From the NCBI GenBank assembly GCA_043803105.1, contig JAZDKJ010000004.1, forward strand, positions 1 through 41,856: a stretch of DNA of 41,856 nt, read 5' to 3'. The stretch is from Candidatus Woesearchaeota archaeon (GTDB lineage Archaea; Nanobdellota; Nanobdellia; Woesearchaeales; JAZDKJ01). A model generated the notes under the pieces. That model made no database searches. It was not told where the DNA came from and saw only the letters and a list, made by a program, of their open reading frames with translations. The position numbers were made by a program, and so were the translations under genes. Below are positions 1 through 8,180 of this stretch, one piece after another; positions within the stretch are counted from its first letter, which is position 1, and every line of letters starts with the position of its first letter.

Positions 1-1422
1 GAAAAAACCTGCAGACTTACAGGTGTAATTATCATAGAGGTCAAGGTTTGTAGTCCAATTGAATGAGCTGGTACAATAATACAATGCGTCGTGGTTACTA
101 ATATTATGTATAATAAATTCACCAGTCTTTTTTCTTATGCCACCATAGGTAAGAACACCTGAGGTTGTTCGCTTGGTGGAGTTGCATGTTGGCTGAGGAT
201 TTTTTTCTGTGCCACCGCAGCACTCAGCAATCCTTAAGGCACCATTATACATGCAAAGGTATTGGTGCCTTGAAACAGACAATGGATTGGAAAGCTCTTT
301 GCCTATACTCTTGCCTGCAAAGGACAGCACCTCTAGTTCGGATGGATTCAAAGAGCAGGAAACTGTATTGGGAAAGAAAAGCTTCTTGTCATAGGCATTG
401 TCGTAGGCAAGCGACGCTTCTGAATCAGCTGAGAGAGATATAATAAATTGGGAATTGGCACCATCAGACGCAGTTTCAATTGCAACATGCGCATTGTTAA
501 GGCTACAGCAAAGGCTATATGGATAATCAGTGACATCAGTGCCTGGCTGCAAAGATGCCGCCTGCTCAAAGTCTAGGGATGAAAGATACAGCACAGCAGT
601 TTCTGTAGACAGGCAAGGGCTTTGCTTAATGCTACAGGCGAGCTTATCAACAGACTCACATGAGAGCTTATCTTCTGCTGCAACAGAACAATCATTCAGG
701 ATTGCCTTTGACTGTGGCTGGCGGGCTTTAACAGACTCGGTGTTGCCTGCAGAATCAACAGAATAAAAACAAACCTTCTTTTGGCAATCCCTGCCGCAGG
801 AAACAGAGCCAGAAAGACCTTCAACATACGGGACAGAGGCATCAGAACATGAGGAAGAGATGTCAATGACCTTGAAAAAAGTGTGAGCACAGCCAGAATC
901 AGGATCAGAACAAGAAAGGGAGAAAGGTACTTCAGTTGTGGTAACAATGCCTACATTGATTATAGTGTTTGGCGCGACACTTTCAGAGATGGTCCAACTG
1001 CCTCTCCTATCAATTGCACAGTAACCATCAGCTGGCTTGCAACACCTATAAGCATTGGTTCCTTCACCGCAGACACAAACTTTCTTGTTACCGCAAGTCC
1101 AGCAATCAACCTTCTTTGAGCCACCGGGGCAGATGGAGACCAACATCTTTTTCCATTGAGGCGCGCAAGCAGAATCTGAGTTAGCGAAGAGCTTGTCAAA
1201 AAGCTTCTTAGCTGAATCCTGACTTGTCTCTCCCTGCACAACAGGGATAGAACCGCTCTTTCCAGTGCCATCAAAGCAGAAATTCTTCACAGTGCCAGTG
1301 CAAGCAGAACCGCTTTTTGGCTTACAGATGGTATCGGAAAACTGGAGGGAAAGCTCAGCACACACAGATAAAGCTGCGAGAACAAAAACCAGCAAGAAAA
1401 GAAAGAGGTGACAAGGTTTCAA
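1..1422 (-). CDS. Secreted Cys-rich protein with an Ig-like (YSVDxAGNxE) module; partial, runs off the left edge (>=474 aa)
   Basis: Not in ORF track. Manual translation from TTG at 1422 (TTGA overlap with upstream stop; GAGGTGA SD just upstream) is open to base 1: MKPCHLFLFLLVFVLAALSVCAELSLQFSDTICKP...FSLSCSDPDSGCAHTFF...VCFYSVDSAGNTESVK...YPYSLCCS...IAECCGG...LYYCTSSFNWTTNLD. Hydrophobic signal peptide, many Cys. Confidence 0.85.
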   Translation of the reverse strand, partial: MKPCHLFLFLLVFVLAALSVCAELSLQFSDTICKPKSGSACTGTVKNFCFDGTGKSGSIPVVQGETSQDSAKKLFDKLFANSDSACAPQWKKMLVSICPGGSKKVDCWTCGNKKVCVCGEGTNAYRCCKPADGYCAIDRRGSWTISESVAPNTIINVGIVTTTEVPFSLSCSDPDSGCAHTFFKVIDISSSCSDASVPYVEGLSGSVSCGRDCQKKVCFYSVDSAGNTESVKARQPQSKAILNDCSVAAEDKLSCESVDKLACSIKQSPCLSTETAVLYLSSLDFEQAASLQPGTDVTDYPYSLCCSLNNAHVAIETASDGANSQFIISLSADSEASLAYDNAYDKKLFFPNTVSCSLNPSELEVLSFAGKSIGKELSNPLSVSRHQYLCMYNGALRIAECCGGTEKNPQPTCNSTKRTTSGVLTYGGIRKKTGEFIIHNISNHDALYYCTSSFNWTTNLDLYDNYTCKSAGFF

Positions 1423-2480
1423 GGTGTCACCTCTACAAAATCAGTCTCTTCAGTCATCGAGAAAACACAGGAAGACTTTTTAACAGGGGTGCCTAAATTG
1501 AATGAGACATTGGTGCAGCCGACCCAGGACTGCCCAGTTGAAAGAGTTGGAGTTCCAGCGCAAGAAATGTTGAAAATCATACCTTGAGATTCTACAGCAT
1601 TAGCCCAAAACCATTTGCCACCAGAGTCTTGTGGTTGAGAAGAACCTGAACCCTCAGTCTCCTGCTCACACTCCTCGCTACTCAGACCGAAAGAGCAGCC
1701 TGCAGCAGCACCAGAACCAGCGCTTCTTCCTCCAACATCACCACATAGGAACTGGTCATTTCCGACAAGGGCAACGCAATCAGCAGAATCGTCACCGCAA
1801 CAACCCTTGTCAGATGCAATAGAGTTCACAGAATCTGACCAGAATCTCTTGCCGCCAACAGCATTCAAGCCAACAGGACAGGACTTGCAGGATATTTTTC
1901 CTATGTCAGGATCATCAAGCGCATGCTCAGGAAGAGTGCCGAAAGGATTATAGCCTGCGGGGTCATCACCACAGCACTCACCCTTGCCAGAATCAGCAGC
2001 AGGCTCCCAGACACCACCAACTGTGCCAAAACAGGCTGTTTCGGTAGGAGTCTTGCCCTGCTTGCAAAAAGACTGGTTGTTGTCCCAATCGACAGTATAA
2101 AGATAACAGTTGTAAACTTCAGAAAAATCACCTGAAACAGAACTGCATGCAGCACCTAGGGCATCCTTTACCTCTTCACCACCACCCATCTTTTCAGTCA
2201 CCTTGGTATACATATAGTAAGGGCCTTCATAACCGCAGGGCAATTGTGGTACAGGAAGTGCGTTCTCGCCCTCAGTTGAGAATGTCTGCAACACAAAAAA
2301 ATCAAATGGCAGGCCTTCTGCATCTTTCGCATAAGAAGTGCTGTCAAGCTGGTCTGAATGGTAGACAAAAACTCCCATGTTAACTGTGTTATCAGCGGCA
2401 GCTAGCACCAGGGAAGAAAGGATGACAAAAAGAGTTGAAAATATGACGAAACGCCTTGGCATTGAAAGAACATTAACCAT
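1419..2480 (-). CDS. Secreted Cys-rich protein with W-x(n)-CCGDD repeats
   Basis: 353-aa ORF; signal peptide (RRFVIFSTLFVILSSLVLA); GECCGDD and KGCCGDD; acidic, Gly/Ser-rich; TATA-like element ~25 nt upstream. Confidence 0.8.
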   Translation of the reverse strand: MVNVLSMPRRFVIFSTLFVILSSLVLAAADNTVNMGVFVYHSDQLDSTSYAKDAEGLPFDFFVLQTFSTEGENALPVPQLPCGYEGPYYMYTKVTEKMGGGEEVKDALGAACSSVSGDFSEVYNCYLYTVDWDNNQSFCKQGKTPTETACFGTVGGVWEPAADSGKGECCGDDPAGYNPFGTLPEHALDDPDIGKISCKSCPVGLNAVGGKRFWSDSVNSIASDKGCCGDDSADCVALVGNDQFLCGDVGGRSAGSGAAAGCSFGLSSEECEQETEGSGSSQPQDSGGKWFWANAVESQGMIFNISCAGTPTLSTGQSWVGCTNVSFNLGTPVKKSSCVFSMTEETDFVEVTP

Positions 2481-2502
2481 CCTCTTAAAACTGCCTGAAG
2501 AT

Positions 2503-2518
2503 AGTATTTAAAGTTTTC
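2503..2518 (-). promoter_or_regulatory. BRE/TATA promoter for the Cys-rich pair
   Basis: Reverse strand reads GAAAACTTTAAATAC ~23 nt upstream of ATG 2480; same motif class precedes many genes here. Confidence 0.6.
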
Positions 2519-2524
2519 TAAAAG

Positions 2525-2794
2525 TCAACAACTAGGATCTTTATTTGGATTCGCCAGAGTAATACTATGGTTGTGCATTGCCTTCAAACCAGAATTGGAG
2601 AATGAAAATGAAAGACCATTCGTATGCGTACAGGCATTAGAGTGAGCAGCAGCCTGGCTTGCAGCCAAAGCAGAAGCGACTGCAAAGGCAGACAACACAG
2701 AACCAACAGCAATGAGGGACTGCTTTGAAATCTTACCCTCTTCAGACAAGAGAAAACTTGAGATATTCCTCTTTGCCCTTGGAAAAACCATCAT
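2525..2794 (-). CDS. Small precursor-like/secreted peptide (charged leader, hydrophobic Ala-rich segment, His-containing core)
   Basis: 89 aa; ISSFLLSEEGKISKQSLI leader, hydrophobic stretch, AQAAA-like cleavage region, then HSN..HTN..HNHS; own TATA (AAATTTATATAC, ~2813-2824, minus). Confidence 0.7.
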   Translation of the reverse strand: MMVFPRAKRNISSFLLSEEGKISKQSLIAVGSVLSAFAVASALAASQAAAHSNACTHTNGLSFSFSNSGLKAMHNHSITLANPNKDPSC

Positions 2795-2826
2795 AGAATC
2801 CTTGAAACAGAAGTATATAAATTTTT

Positions 2827-3420
2827 CTAGAACTCTAAAGCGTCCTTGGCCTGTTTTGTAGACATTCCTAAAGTAATTGCAAATGCAAACAGGTCATGGG
2901 GGCTTCTCATGCCAAATGGAGACCTTGCAAATGAAGCAAGCACAGGCTTTGCTCCATACTTTCTACACAAGTCAATGTTCTGGGACAATCTGCCAAGAAG
3001 CACAATACGTTTATGCTCATCAGAACACAGCAAACTATGCAATGATATACCAAGAAGCACATCATTCTTGGCAAGCAAGGAACAAGAAAAATGATTAAGC
3101 CCTGAATTGCGATAGTGCATGAAATCCTTTCTTGTGGAATCTTCAAGGCCAAAGACAAGACTTGGCTTTTCCTTCTCTAACACATATCTTATATCATCGG
3201 TGGCATGAACAATAACAAAATTGGAGGCCTTTCTTGCTGTGCGCACATCTCTGGGAGGAGAGAGCACTGCAGGCTTGACATCAATTTTGGTGTCAAATGG
3301 CAAAGGAGGAATCTTCTGCTTAAGATTGTAAGCAAAATAGAGCTTTGTGTAGCCCAACCGCTCTGCAAACATGACAAACTCCTTTTCATTGTTGTCAGGA
3401 AAAACCAAATCTGCAGGCAT
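2827..3420 (-). CDS. rnp3: RNase P protein component Rpp30 (p30)
   Basis: Start moved to MPADLVFP (3420). DFMHYRNSGLNH, LLGRLSQNIDLCRKY, ASFARSPFGMRSPHDL match the Rpp30 pattern. Confidence 0.8.
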   Translation of the reverse strand: MPADLVFPDNNEKEFVMFAERLGYTKLYFAYNLKQKIPPLPFDTKIDVKPAVLSPPRDVRTARKASNFVIVHATDDIRYVLEKEKPSLVFGLEDSTRKDFMHYRNSGLNHFSCSLLAKNDVLLGISLHSLLCSDEHKRIVLLGRLSQNIDLCRKYGAKPVLASFARSPFGMRSPHDLFAFAITLGMSTKQAKDALEF

Positions 3421-3452
3421 AATAAGAAAAAAGTGAGAGACATATAATAATA

Positions 3453-4298
3453 TTATCCCTTTCGCAGGGCAGCGATAAGCTGGCAAGCCTTGCAGACAGA
3501 ACCCTTGGCAGGCTCTCCGCAAGACTCGCAACAATTAACTGAGTCATTATTATCAAGCGAACGCCTCAATTGGGGCAAGATACCCAAGAAATAATCGATA
3601 ATTGCCCTGGTTGTGCCAGGATGCTTCTGTTCATAAGCAGAAAGGAGGTTTCTTACACTGTTCCTATAGGATTCAGCTGAGCAAGGGCAGCGGCTGTATT
3701 TTACCGGGAAAAGCATAGAGCGGGAGTATGACTCAACAAGTTTTTCTTGAACAAAATAGAGGGGCTTGACTCGAGGAACAAATGCAGGATTAGTTATTGC
3801 ACCAGTCCTTGGGCCAAGCCTGGACAAGAGCAAAAGATTTGCCCGAAGCAAATTCATGACTATGGACTGAGCCTCATCGTCCATGTTATGACCGGTGACA
3901 AGCACAGAAGCCTTAATTTCTCTTGATTTCCTGTTCAAGAGATAGCGCTTCAACACTCCGCAGATGGCGCAAGAGTTTAGGCCAAGGCCTTTCGAGCGCA
4001 AGACAGATTGAAGATAACAGAGAGAATAGCCAAACTGCTCACGAAAGGAAACAACATGCAGCTTGATGGCATGATCATTACAAAAAGACTTCACATTCAG
4101 AAGGCACTCGTTGCTGTAGTTACCAATCGCTGCGTCAATAGTAATTGCCTGAACATCATCAAAAAGATTGCTTAGGATGGACAGCACAGCTGTGCTGTCT
4201 TTGCCACCGCTAGCAGCAACCAGAATCCTATCATTGTTTGACAAGAGCTTCCAGTCCTTAATAGTCTTCTTAACAATGGATTCAATTTTGGCAGTCAT
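3453..4298 (-). CDS. TtuA/NcsA(Ncs6/Ctu1)-type tRNA 2-thiolation PP-loop ATPase
   Basis: SGGKDS PP-loop, SCAICGVLKR, TGHNMDDEAQ, RVKPL, RCP, C-terminal CxxC...CxxC zinc finger. Confidence 0.9.
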   Translation of the reverse strand: MTAKIESIVKKTIKDWKLLSNNDRILVAASGGKDSTAVLSILSNLFDDVQAITIDAAIGNYSNECLLNVKSFCNDHAIKLHVVSFREQFGYSLCYLQSVLRSKGLGLNSCAICGVLKRYLLNRKSREIKASVLVTGHNMDDEAQSIVMNLLRANLLLLSRLGPRTGAITNPAFVPRVKPLYFVQEKLVESYSRSMLFPVKYSRCPCSAESYRNSVRNLLSAYEQKHPGTTRAIIDYFLGILPQLRRSLDNNDSVNCCESCGEPAKGSVCKACQLIAALRKG

Positions 4299-5137
4299 TG
4301 TATTTTGGAAAACAAATCATCAATCTCATTTTCAGAAAAACCGACCAGGGGAAAAAGAGTCAGGATATCAGGGAAAGGCTTTTTGAATGATGATGCATCA
4401 CCTAAGACCAGGGCTTTGGCATGACTCTTTATGATGAGCTCAGGCAAGTCAGAAATGTCATTTATCAAGGTGAGGTCGGGCTGTAAGCCAGGAGAGTATT
4501 TTTTCAGTGCAGAGATATCAATATCAGTTAAGGCTACAGGAACAACAACAAGACCTCTCCTCATTATAAGCCAGGAGGCAACGATGGAATGATTGCTGTT
4601 AATCAGGCTTACAACCCTACCACCAGTACCAAGGGGAAGACCGCCTGCACATTCAACCCTTTTTGTGAAGACAAACGAATGATCCCTAAGAATCTCAATT
4701 CCGATTTCCAAATCAAAGGAATGAAGAGAGACCTTGGCGTGGGAATTATGCACAACAAATGAACCAATCTCCTTGTCAAGCTCAATCGAATCCATCGGAA
4801 AATCCTTGCTTAACCTTTGGGCAGTAACCCTAAAGGTTGAGGCCTTATCAAGGTTTTTTGTGAGAAGGGAGACTGCATCCTTAATGCCCTCAATGGAGAG
4901 GGGGCAGATGATAGCTGGACTGTACGAGCTAATGCCAAAAACATGCTTGAGCTCAAGGCATTCCTTGTCGGTGTGAATAATTATGCGGTTTCGCACCCTC
5001 TCAATCTTTTCATAAGCATGAGAACATAAATTAAGGCAGGAGCCAATATTCTTCGCAAGCTTTCTCTCGAAAACAGACCTGTTGCTTCCCTTTAAGGCAA
5101 GCTCAGAGTACCTCACTAAAATACAATTCATCACCAT
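4295..5137 (-). CDS. ThiI-like THUMP-domain protein with degenerate PP-loop
   Basis: ILVRYSELALKGSNRSVFE, VFGISSYSPA, TFRVTAQR, GGLPLGTGGRVVSL and VASWLIMRRG are ThiI hallmarks, but SGGxDS is replaced by NSNHS; only 280 aa. Confidence 0.8.
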   Translation of the reverse strand: MVMNCILVRYSELALKGSNRSVFERKLAKNIGSCLNLCSHAYEKIERVRNRIIIHTDKECLELKHVFGISSYSPAIICPLSIEGIKDAVSLLTKNLDKASTFRVTAQRLSKDFPMDSIELDKEIGSFVVHNSHAKVSLHSFDLEIGIEILRDHSFVFTKRVECAGGLPLGTGGRVVSLINSNHSIVASWLIMRRGLVVVPVALTDIDISALKKYSPGLQPDLTLINDISDLPELIIKSHAKALVLGDASSFKKPFPDILTLFPLVGFSENEIDDLFSKIQ

Positions 5138-5184
5138 GATAAGCAGCCCAGCAATCGCAAGACACAGCCAATAGGCAATTCAGT

Positions 5185-5198
5185 AACCTTTATAAACC
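5185..5198 (+). promoter_or_regulatory. BRE/TATA promoter for rpl34e-rpl14e
   Basis: AACCTTTATAAACC ending ~15 nt before ATG 5214 (~21 nt before the in-frame ATG at 5220). Confidence 0.6.
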
Positions 5199-5213
5199 GT
5201 TCTCTATTTTCCG

Positions 5214-5486
5214 ATGACCATGGTAGAGGGAAAATTCAGATCCAGAACCTACAGACGGGTGCACAAGACAACTCCAGGCGGGAGAAATGTGCTGCACCAT
5301 GCACTGAGAAAACCAAAGATAGCACACTGCGCAGTCTGCGGGGCAAAACTAAAAGGGGTGCCGAGAGAGAGGCCTTACAAGATGCAGAACATGCCAAAAA
5401 CCAAAAAAAGACCAGAGAGGCCTTTTGGAGGATTTTTGTGCAGCAAGTGCTCAAGAAACAAGATAATGGAAGAGGCACGCAGATGA
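5214..5486 (+). CDS. rpl34e: 50S ribosomal protein L34e
   Basis: RSRTYRRVHKTTPGGR, CAVCGAKLKGVPR, KKRPERPFGGFLCSKC. Confidence 0.95.
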   Translation: MTMVEGKFRSRTYRRVHKTTPGGRNVLHHALRKPKIAHCAVCGAKLKGVPRERPYKMQNMPKTKKRPERPFGGFLCSKCSRNKIMEEARR

Positions 5487-5815
5487 TAGAAATAGGCAGA
5501 GTGTGCGTAAAGACTGCAGGCAGGGATGCAGGAAGGAAGTGCATCATAGTGGAAATCCTGGACAAAAACAGGGTGCTTATTGATGGACAGACAAGAAGGA
5601 GGCAATGCAACGTAGCGCACCTTGAGCCTCTAAACCAGACAATCCAGATAAAGCAAGGAGCAACTCACAGCGAGGTAACAGAGGCATTGAAAACCATAGG
5701 AATAGAAACCAGGGAAACAAAACCAAGGCAAAAAACAACCAGACCAAGGCAGATAAGAAAAAAAAAGAGCATTGAGCCTGAAACCAAGAAAGGCAAGACT
5801 TCTAAAGGAAAATAG
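5483..5815 (+). CDS. rpl14e: 50S ribosomal protein L14e with basic C-terminal tail
   Basis: Start at ATG 5483 (ATGA overlap). MIEIGRVCVKTAGRDAGRKCIIVEILDKNRVLIDG..RRRQCNVAHLEP. Confidence 0.95.
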   Translation: MIEIGRVCVKTAGRDAGRKCIIVEILDKNRVLIDGQTRRRQCNVAHLEPLNQTIQIKQGATHSEVTEALKTIGIETRETKPRQKTTRPRQIRKKKSIEPETKKGKTSKGK

Positions 5816-5922
5816 CTGCAGCAAAACCAAGGATCCAAAAACAAAAACCTATCAGAGCGCCTGCAGCAGTGAACTGGCCTCACCAGAAAAAATCAGGATA
5901 AGCGCCAGTATTGCAAAAAGCT

Positions 5923-7575
5923 TCATTTGGCAAGGACAGAATAAAGAGCATCTAAGCTTATCTCAAGGCAAGTGACAGGCATGTCAAGGTTCCAGTTACG
6001 AAGCACAGCAGGATGAAGCTCGCCAAGAAAGCCAACCTTCCTATGCTTGAGCATCACATTACCTACCCTGCCTTGGATAAATGAGTCATGGTCAGCCTCT
6101 TCAACAGAAATCTGTAGACCGATTGAGCGCATCAGGTAATCAAGGACTTGCCTAATGGAAGTGAAATCAGAGGAATCAGAACACAAAATCACGGAAAGTC
6201 TGTCAGTCTCTTCAACAGACGTCTCAAAGGACTCATTCTTCTTGAAGATAGTGCCAAAGCCAAAAATTTTCTGCGGATAATCATGATGCTTGTTGTTGGC
6301 GAGAACCTCGACAAGAGAGGGTATAAGCCAAGAGCGCAGGACATTGTACTCTGCAGATAATGAATTTGCGAGATGAATTACATCGGTTTTATGCTGCATT
6401 CTTGTTGTCTGGAACTCAATATTTGTCAGGTTGTAGGTGTTTACCTCGAGCAAGCCAAGACCTACAAGGAGCATAGAAAGCTTGGACTTGAAAACCTCAA
6501 ATGGATCCTCTGAAGCCACAGTGGCAGCATTGGGAATCAAGGCTTGGAAGTTTTCAAAGCCATAGGCTATTGCAATATCCTCCACAAAATCAATCTGATG
6601 CAAAATATCTGCGCGATAGGCAGGAATCAGGACAAACTTGTCTTTAAGGCCGAAGCCCATCCTTGCGAGCAAGGAATTCAATTCCTTGCGATTTAGCCTT
6701 AACCCAAGCCTTTTATTAACATAATCGAGGTCAATCTTCATTTTTCCAGGGCTTAGGTCTGGAGTAATGCGGGTCTTATCAGGATATTTGAGCTTCAAAG
6801 AGTAAACCTTTCCACCCATATCAGAGAGCGCAGTCACTATCATATTCAAGCACTTGTGCAAAACATCAAAATCAAAACCGCTGCACTCGATGAAAACATC
6901 TTTGGTAAGGTGCGTTATCTTGCCCGTTACATGTGAATTAATGATCGGCGGCATGGACAGAATGTTATCGTTGGCATCAACAAAAATGGGAAAGGAGTCA
7001 AGTCCGTCAAGCAGATGAGCATATTCCCTGCCTGCAGGATGGTCGCACAGGATTTGAAAGCCGTCAAGCACATGAGGAAATTCAAGGGGCTGGAACCTAA
7101 TGTCCTTCGGGTTCCTTGCCAAGAACCTTATTGGAAACCTTATCTTCTCCAGAGGATAAACACCAATGGCAGCCTTTTTCCTGTGACGGCCGTAGGTAAT
7201 GTGGAGCTTCTCTTGAATATCGACAACTTCCTTAATGGTTTCATCATCAAACTTCATGCCTTTGACGATAGCACAGGCAGTATATGGCCTAATCTTAGCA
7301 ACAGACTTGTCAACAATGACAGACTCACCTGAATCAGACACCTGATATTTTCTCAAACCAGGCTTCAAGCCTACAAACGAAGAAAACGCCCTTGCAAAGC
7401 CCTGCACAGAAAGCATGTCTGGACGGTTAGGGAAGACTTCGACGTTTATGTGGTTATCGTCAACAGAATCCAGGTCAGTGCCTAAATAACTAATCCGATC
7501 CTTCAGCTTTTCATTATCGAACTTTTTTCCTACATACTTTTCAAAAGACTTCCTGTCAAGAGAGATTGATGGCAT
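5923..7575 (-). CDS. pheT: Phenylalanyl-tRNA synthetase beta subunit
   Basis: PNRPDMLS, QEKLH, LSMPPIINS, PAYRADILHQIDFVEDIAIAYG, GELHPAVL; archaeal 550-aa form. Confidence 0.97.
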   Translation of the reverse strand: MPSISLDRKSFEKYVGKKFDNEKLKDRISYLGTDLDSVDDNHINVEVFPNRPDMLSVQGFARAFSSFVGLKPGLRKYQVSDSGESVIVDKSVAKIRPYTACAIVKGMKFDDETIKEVVDIQEKLHITYGRHRKKAAIGVYPLEKIRFPIRFLARNPKDIRFQPLEFPHVLDGFQILCDHPAGREYAHLLDGLDSFPIFVDANDNILSMPPIINSHVTGKITHLTKDVFIECSGFDFDVLHKCLNMIVTALSDMGGKVYSLKLKYPDKTRITPDLSPGKMKIDLDYVNKRLGLRLNRKELNSLLARMGFGLKDKFVLIPAYRADILHQIDFVEDIAIAYGFENFQALIPNAATVASEDPFEVFKSKLSMLLVGLGLLEVNTYNLTNIEFQTTRMQHKTDVIHLANSLSAEYNVLRSWLIPSLVEVLANNKHHDYPQKIFGFGTIFKKNESFETSVEETDRLSVILCSDSSDFTSIRQVLDYLMRSIGLQISVEEADHDSFIQGRVGNVMLKHRKVGFLGELHPAVLRNWNLDMPVTCLEISLDALYSVLAK

Positions 7576-8180
7576 CAGAACCCCAGCTCCTCATCAACTA
7601 TGATGACACTAATCCTTTCAAGCTGCTGAGCCTCGAGAATCACAAGCGAACTACAAATCCTGTCAGGGGAGGAACAATCAGAACATCTGCCAGTCTCTAC
7701 GCATGGAGTGTTCTTGTTGAGCCTTTTACAATTCAGGGGCGCTGCAACATTTCTTACACGGTCAATCGCATCATCAAGGTTTTTTGTTATCTTATTTTTT
7801 CCAACGACAAGGATTACCTTTTTGGGGCCGTAAAGCATTGCTGCAACACGATTGCCGCCACCATCAATGTTAACGATTTTTCCATCTTCGGTCACGGCAT
7901 TTGCGCTTGAAAGAAAAACATCACAAACAAGGGTTTGCCTACGCAAATCAAATTTCTTTTGCAGTTCGATCCCGGGAACAAACCAATCCAGAAAATTGTA
8001 GTTGGCCATTGCATCAATAATGCCACACTGCTCAAGAGTTGTGGAGCCACCCGCACCTACAACATCACTCTTACTAATCATTGACAAGACAAGATCTTTT
8101 GCAGCTAACTTATCATGGACCCTATGTGCCTTGATGCGATTCCTCTCGAGAGAGGCAATGGTCCTTGCTAGGGCATCCAT
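7575..8180 (-). CDS. LUD-domain (lactate-utilisation/YkgG-like) protein with C-terminal Cys cluster
   Basis: GAGGSTTL, DVFLSSANAVTEDGKIVNIDGGGNRVAAMLYGPKKVILVVGKNKI, APLNCKRL..TPCVETGRCSDCSSPDRIC. Confidence 0.85.
   Translation of the reverse strand: MDALARTIASLERNRIKAHRVHDKLAAKDLVLSMISKSDVVGAGGSTTLEQCGIIDAMANYNFLDWFVPGIELQKKFDLRRQTLVCDVFLSSANAVTEDGKIVNIDGGGNRVAAMLYGPKKVILVVGKNKITKNLDDAIDRVRNVAAPLNCKRLNKNTPCVETGRCSDCSSPDRICSSLVILEAQQLERISVIIVDEELGF

Noticed and set aside
165-1274. Eight short ORFs on both strands
   Set aside because: All lie within the continuous minus-strand frame 1-1422; shadow ORFs.
3421-3534. N-terminal extension of Rpp30 in the track
   Set aside because: Overlaps the thiolase C-terminus in another frame; family-like sequence begins at MPADLVFP.
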